32,784 nt of DNA from Bdellovibrionota bacterium (GTDB lineage Bacteria > Bdellovibrionota_C > UBA2361 > JBIKWN01): assembly GCA_044356295.1 (NCBI GenBank), contig JBIKWN010000025.1:1-32784 (forward strand), in the 5' to 3' direction. The position numbers and the translations under genes are program-made. How positions within the stretch are numbered: position 1 is the first letter of the stretch; each line of letters begins with the position of its first letter. The notes beneath the pieces were generated by a model that was not told the origin of the DNA, made no database searches, and was given only the letters and a program-made list of their open reading frames with translations. Shown in pieces: positions 28,392-32,784 of this stretch.

Positions 28392-29185
28392 TGAGCGACA
28401 ATAAATCTTTCTCAATCAAGCTCAAAGTCTGGCGTCAAAATAACAAAGACTCCAAAGGTGAGTTAGTAACGTACGACATGAATAATGTGAGTCCTAATTC
28501 ATCATTTCTTGAAATGTTGGATCAGCTAAACGAAACCTTGATCACTAAAGGTGAAGAACCAGTAGCATTCGCACATGATTGCCGCGAAGGGATCTGTGGT
28601 TCTTGCTCTATGGTCATTAACGGAGAAGCACATGGCCCTGTTAGAAAAGTGACCGCGTGTCAGCTCCATATGAGATCATTTCATGAAGGTCAGGAAGTTG
28701 TTGTAGAGCCTTGGCGTGCGGCTGCATTTCCAATCATCAAGGATCTGGTCGTTGACAGAAGTGCATTCGATAAAATTATCCAAGCAGGTGGGTTCATCTC
28801 AGTAAATACTGGGTCTGCTATTGATGCCAATGCGACACCAATCGGTAAAGAAGCTGCTGATGCTGCTTTTGATTACGCAACTTGTATTGGGTGCGGTGCC
28901 TGTGTTGCAGCATGTCCAAACGGCTCAGGAATGCTTTTTACATCAGCTAAAGTGTCTCACCTTGGTCTTTTGGCTCAGGGGCAACCAGAGCGTTTTTCAA
29001 GGGTCTTAAGTATGGTTAAAACCCACGATGATCTGATGTTTGGCTCTTGTACGAACCACGGGGAGTGCCAAGAGGCTTGCCCTAAAGGGATTAGCATTTC
29101 TGCAATTGCGCAATTAAATCGAGACTTTATGAAAGCGAGTCTTTCGGCTTCGAGGGATAACGGAAAAGAGATTAAAGCTCAGTAA
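28391..29185 (+). CDS. sdhB: Succinate dehydrogenase/fumarate reductase iron-sulfur subunit
   Basis: [21 protein letters not shown] and [12 protein letters not shown]; 1-bp stop/start overlap with sdhA. Confidence 0.97.
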   Translation: MSDNKSFSIKLKVWRQNNKDSKGELVTYDMNNVSPNSSFLEMLDQLNETLITKGEEPVAFAHDCREGICGSCSMVINGEAHGPVRKVTACQLHMRSFHEGQEVVVEPWRAAAFPIIKDLVVDRSAFDKIIQAGGFISVNTGSAIDANATPIGKEAADAAFDYATCIGCGACVAACPNGSGMLFTSAKVSHLGLLAQGQPERFSRVLSMVKTHDDLMFGSCTNHGECQEACPKGISISAIAQLNRDFMKASLSASRDNGKEIKAQ

Positions 29186-29245
29186 TTCTTTACTGATACG
29201 GATTTATCTCTCAAGTAATCTTTTTTCTTAGCCGACTTTAATTAC

Positions 29246-30031
29246 GTGTTTAAATCCGCTACCCCAAACCACGATGTAATGATTATCGATGGAAACGTTG
29301 ATAGACGTATGCGTTTAAAGAGTGCTACGGCCAATGCAAACAATTGTTTTGGTGATGTTCAGCTGTGTGCCGATTTTTCTATTGCAACGGATCGACTAAA
29401 AAAACTACGAGATAGAGTCATTGTATTTGTCAGCGAAGATTTTTCAAAAACTTCACTGAATGCTTTTATTGAAATTGCAAAAAACACCTGCGCTGGAAGA
29501 GATTCTGCATACATTTTGAATATAAGCCCTAAGCAGGCGAGTGATGCTAGTGTTTTATCTGCAGGGTTAAAAGGAGTTGATGGACTGCTATTAGAGCCAT
29601 TCTCTGTTGACACATTAGTGAGCACTACTAATAACGCTGCAAAGATCTATTACGAAAGAAGAACCGAGCGAGAAAATAATTTAGTCACAATACTTGTTTC
29701 AAAAATGCTTCGAACTGTAGATATTTTAGCAACATCAAAAGCTACAGGCGTCGCCCCTGGTGAAGCTGTGCGGCAATATAAAGATCTAGGTTCAGCAATT
29801 CAGCATTTAAATCCTAGGCTCAAAGAGTTTTACTATGAGCAACTCATTGAGCAATCATTGCGTGCAAAGGTGCCTGCAGAGCTTGAACTATTTCTAGCAA
29901 GACAAACGTTGCTTGAAACAAAGATTGAACAAACAGCAAAAGACCAGGCACTAGAACTAAATGAAGGATCCCAGGGATCTATTCATAAAAGTAGTCAAAT
30001 GAGTCGTATACTTCGTGGATTAAAACGATAG
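29246..30031 (+). CDS. Atypical (pseudo-)receiver domain protein with helical C-terminus
   Basis: VMIID, IVFVSE and GVDGLLLEPFS follow the CheY-like pattern, with phosphorylation-site residues altered. Confidence 0.6.
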   Translation: MFKSATPNHDVMIIDGNVDRRMRLKSATANANNCFGDVQLCADFSIATDRLKKLRDRVIVFVSEDFSKTSLNAFIEIAKNTCAGRDSAYILNISPKQASDASVLSAGLKGVDGLLLEPFSVDTLVSTTNNAAKIYYERRTERENNLVTILVSKMLRTVDILATSKATGVAPGEAVRQYKDLGSAIQHLNPRLKEFYYEQLIEQSLRAKVPAELELFLARQTLLETKIEQTAKDQALELNEGSQGSIHKSSQMSRILRGLKR

Positions 30032-30056
30032 AAGTATACAAAAAATATTTTTTATC

Positions 30057-30317
30057 CTAGAAAATAATATCAAAAAGCCCACCTACTATTCTAAACGGTA
30101 GTCCAAGGATTGTTCCTATTCCGTCAATCGTACAGGTAAGAATTCCACCACAAGATGATGACTCTTCTGTTTTTGTTTCGGTTGTTGTTTCTTCTATATA
30201 TTCTTGATCGACTGGTCTTCGTTTGACATCAGTTTTAGTTGTCGTGGTTGTACTTGAACAGCTCATGAGGGCAAAAAGAGCGATGGACATAAAGACGAAA
30301 TAAGTTTTTTTGTTCAT
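30057..30317 (-). CDS. Small putative lipoprotein
   Basis: MNKK + hydrophobic stretch + LMSC lipobox; Thr/Glu-rich linker; amphipathic G.ILGLPFRIVGGLF tail. Confidence 0.75.
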   Translation of the reverse strand: MNKKTYFVFMSIALFALMSCSSTTTTTKTDVKRRPVDQEYIEETTTETKTEESSSCGGILTCTIDGIGTILGLPFRIVGGLFDIIF

Positions 30318-30368
30318 AGGACTGCTATACTATCAGCCTTTCTCTTTTGGACAAGCCGTTAGTGGGGT

Positions 30369-30387
30369 TTCGCGACCTTCGCGTTAC
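30369..30387. repeat. Short intergenic repeat TTCGCGACCTTCGCGTTAC, copy 2
   Basis: Identical to 31-49. Confidence 0.75.
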
Positions 30388-30534
30388 TAAATTTCAATGA
30401 AAAAAATATTACCCCTTTTTTTAGTCGTCACTTTTTAATCACATAAAGCATATTAGTAGGCTTCTTAACGGACAATTATGGGTTTTGGAGTAAGCGGTTT
30501 ATTAAGTAACTCTAAATGTATATAATTCCATTCG

Positions 30535-31476
30535 ATGGAAGTTTCATCACATTATCTCAAACAGACGCTTACCTATTGGGCTGAACTTGGCACCAATCTT
30601 TGTAAGACAAGTTTCGCCCCATCTTTACAGCTGTGCAGAGTTGCCCTTCGGTATAATGCAATTGCTAAAAATCTTCTTGATGATTGCCGCTGCCTTGATT
30701 CAGTACTTTATGGACTCAAAGAGGCACATTCGCTTGCAGAATTTCATCCTGAATATAGTTTGCCAGAGTGCGTACTGTCTGCGATTTCAAAATTGAAACA
30801 AGATGAGATCCTTCTTAGGATTGAGGGACAAAAAAAAGAAGAAATATTTAAAACGATTCAAACCATTGAGTTGATCGCACTGCATCAAGAAGCAGGATCT
30901 TGCTTAACTCAGTCAGGTGCGAAAACTAATAAAAATGTTTTGGACTCTTTGAATCAACCAAATTGTTCAGAGTCTCGATTTCTTGAAGTGTTATCCTTCC
31001 TTACCTCTGATGATGCAATGTGCATAGATGAAGTAATGCTCGATACCGTGAGTGAACGGCTTGTTGCAATGAGTAATAATAAAATTTGTATCTCTAGTGA
31101 CCTTTCAAAAGCGTTGACTCATTTTTATTTACAGTCGTTTCATGATGCGGCTGGGGCGGGAATGATCTTGACCATGCTTGGTACTGATTTAAGTGAAAAA
31201 TGCACTTTTGATGATAAGATCTATTGCGAGCAAAAGTTAATTGAGTGGCTCGAACTAAGAGCTTTAATGAACTCAAGTAATGGATTGTATCAAGAAGATT
31301 TCTCGCACCAGATTTACCTTTTGATGTCACCAATGCCATTTGAACCTGGAGATGGTGTTGATTTTACGGAATTTGTTTTACACCGACTCTCTCAGAGAAA
31401 TCCTGACCTTTTCCCTTCTTCAGAGCAAAAAAGAGCATTACAGGCTTACCTCAAAGATCAATCCTCAGAAAAATAA
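30535..31476 (+). CDS. Hypothetical protein
   Basis: 313-aa ORF with TATAAT 8 nt upstream; no recognised motif. Confidence 0.65.
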   Translation: MEVSSHYLKQTLTYWAELGTNLCKTSFAPSLQLCRVALRYNAIAKNLLDDCRCLDSVLYGLKEAHSLAEFHPEYSLPECVLSAISKLKQDEILLRIEGQKKEEIFKTIQTIELIALHQEAGSCLTQSGAKTNKNVLDSLNQPNCSESRFLEVLSFLTSDDAMCIDEVMLDTVSERLVAMSNNKICISSDLSKALTHFYLQSFHDAAGAGMILTMLGTDLSEKCTFDDKIYCEQKLIEWLELRALMNSSNGLYQEDFSHQIYLLMSPMPFEPGDGVDFTEFVLHRLSQRNPDLFPSSEQKRALQAYLKDQSSEK

Positions 31477-32028
31477 CTTTCGAAATGCTTTCATCCGATG
31501 TGTTTCAATAAAATTTTCACTTTTCAGTTCAGATAAAGTTTTAGTGTATCCTTCAACTTGAAAAAGACCATCGTACCCGAATCCAGCATTTCCTTTTTCT
31601 TGATCGAGAATAAATCCAGAAAGAGTTGCTTCTGAAAAAACTGGTGTATGCCCATCGAAATAGCAAAGTACTGATCGAAATACAGCAGACCGTTCTGTCT
31701 GAGTTTTAAGTAAAGAAAGAAGTAATGCCTTATTCTCAACCATAGTTGCATTGATTCCAGCAAACCTGGCACTTTTAATGCCGGGTGCTCCGTTAAGACT
31801 TGTAACTTCAAGTCCTGTATCATCGGCTACAACGGGATGATTGCACCAATTATAAAACCCTTTTGCTTTTAAGAGAGCATTTTCCTGATAGCTCTGTATG
31901 CCTTCTTCAATTTCAGGAGGATGCCCCCATGCAGGATCTATTTCAAGAAGTTCAAGACCTAAGTGTCTTGAGATCTCTTTTACCTCTGATAGTTTACCTT
32001 TATTGGTAGAGGCGAATACAAATTTCAA
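31465..32028 (-). CDS. rdgB: Non-canonical purine NTP pyrophosphatase (RdgB/HAM1 family)
   Basis: ASTNKGK..E, ENA..KA, ADDTGL.V..L.GAPGI.SAR, GFGYD and THR motifs. Confidence 0.93.
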   Translation of the reverse strand: MKFVFASTNKGKLSEVKEISRHLGLELLEIDPAWGHPPEIEEGIQSYQENALLKAKGFYNWCNHPVVADDTGLEVTSLNGAPGIKSARFAGINATMVENKALLLSLLKTQTERSAVFRSVLCYFDGHTPVFSEATLSGFILDQEKGNAGFGYDGLFQVEGYTKTLSELKSENFIETHRMKAFRKLFF

Positions 32029-32031
32029 AGT

Positions 32032-32637
32032 TTAGTATTTCACCGAACAACCGTAAGGTTCAGTTAGTGGAACTGATACTGGTTTTCCGGCTTGAAGCTC
32101 ATCGATTGTTTGAGCGACGTAATTAGTGGATTCTTTTATTGCTTCTTCTTTTACTGAATCATCGCTATCGATTGCTCCTTGATATGCAAGCTCACCATTT
32201 TTGTCTACTACAAACAGGTGAGGTGTTGTTCGAGCGTTATATGATTTCCCAACAGTTCCGTCGGTATCCACAAGTGCAGCTGTTGCCTTGATATGCAGGT
32301 CTTCAAACTTTTTCTTTGCTTCATCTTGAGTGAGATATCCTTGACGACCGAAGGCTGATGAATTGACTGTGAACCATACGACGCCAAGTTTTGTATATTT
32401 TTCTTGCAGCGATTGCATATTGCCAGACATGTAATGTTTCTTAACAAACGGACAGCCTGGGTTAAACCACTCGAGTACTACAATTTTTCCTTTGTAATCT
32501 GATAGGGAATGCGATTTGCCATTAATATCTTTCAAAGTAAATGTTGGGGCGGGGGCTGCGAAACTTTGTGCAGATAGAACACAAAATAGGGTTGTTGAAA
32601 TTAGGGTTGAAAGTATGGCTGATAAAATTCTTTTCAT
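32032..32637 (-). CDS. Exported thioredoxin-fold / AhpC-TSA (redoxin) family protein
   Basis: Signal peptide, AP.FTL.D..GK..SLSDYKGK.VVLEWFNPGCPFV, TPH, YQGAID and PYGCSVKY. Confidence 0.9.
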   Translation of the reverse strand: MKRILSAILSTLISTTLFCVLSAQSFAAPAPTFTLKDINGKSHSLSDYKGKIVVLEWFNPGCPFVKKHYMSGNMQSLQEKYTKLGVVWFTVNSSAFGRQGYLTQDEAKKKFEDLHIKATAALVDTDGTVGKSYNARTTPHLFVVDKNGELAYQGAIDSDDSVKEEAIKESTNYVAQTIDELQAGKPVSVPLTEPYGCSVKY

Positions 32638-32711
32638 GGTGGGTAATGTAGCTATTCTTTTGGGTTAGCACCAGATAGGGGAGATGTTTTTAGTGCTGTA
32701 ATACTATCCCC

Positions 32712-32784
32712 CGTGACCTTGAGCGTAGGCGTGAGCGTGACCCAAAACTTTAAGGTCACGCTCACGCCAAAGCTCAAGGTCACG
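32712..32784. repeat. Hexamer-periodic inverted repeat (REP-like), 31-bp arms, 11-nt loop
   Basis: 32712-32742 matches the reverse complement of 32754-32784 at 29/31; runs to the window end. Confidence 0.9.

Noticed and set aside
24780..29185. mdh-sdhCAB lacking sdhD
   Set aside because: A single 5-TM cytochrome b anchor is a well-known SDH type; ordinary housekeeping operon

Overview
AT-rich bacterial window with about 30 CDSs; I saw no rRNA, tRNA, CRISPR array, integrase or transposase. The left ~24.7 kb is an accessory cell-envelope region. It holds six polytopic GT-C-fold glycosyltransferase-like genes, carbohydrate-binding modules, an SGNH hydrolase and an HTTM protein. It also holds an orphan Tad minor-pilin operon (tadE-tadE-tadG-like) divergent from an alpha/alpha-barrel-like gene, a secreted 25-Cys protein with 40 uninterrupted proline-free Gly-X-Y triplets, and a transglutaminase-like protein. 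An ORF6N gene carries a perfect 25-bp palindrome inside its coding sequence. A pair of SPFH genes is separated by a ~3 kb segment (GT-C + GspG-like pilin + DUF4160/DUF2442 toxin-antitoxin pair) bounded by a 9/10 direct repeat. The right ~8 kb is mostly housekeeping: mdh-sdhCAB, a pseudo-receiver protein, RdgB and a redoxin. Two families of short intergenic REP-like repeats occur, including at both window ends. All family calls are from motif recognition by eye, not database searches.
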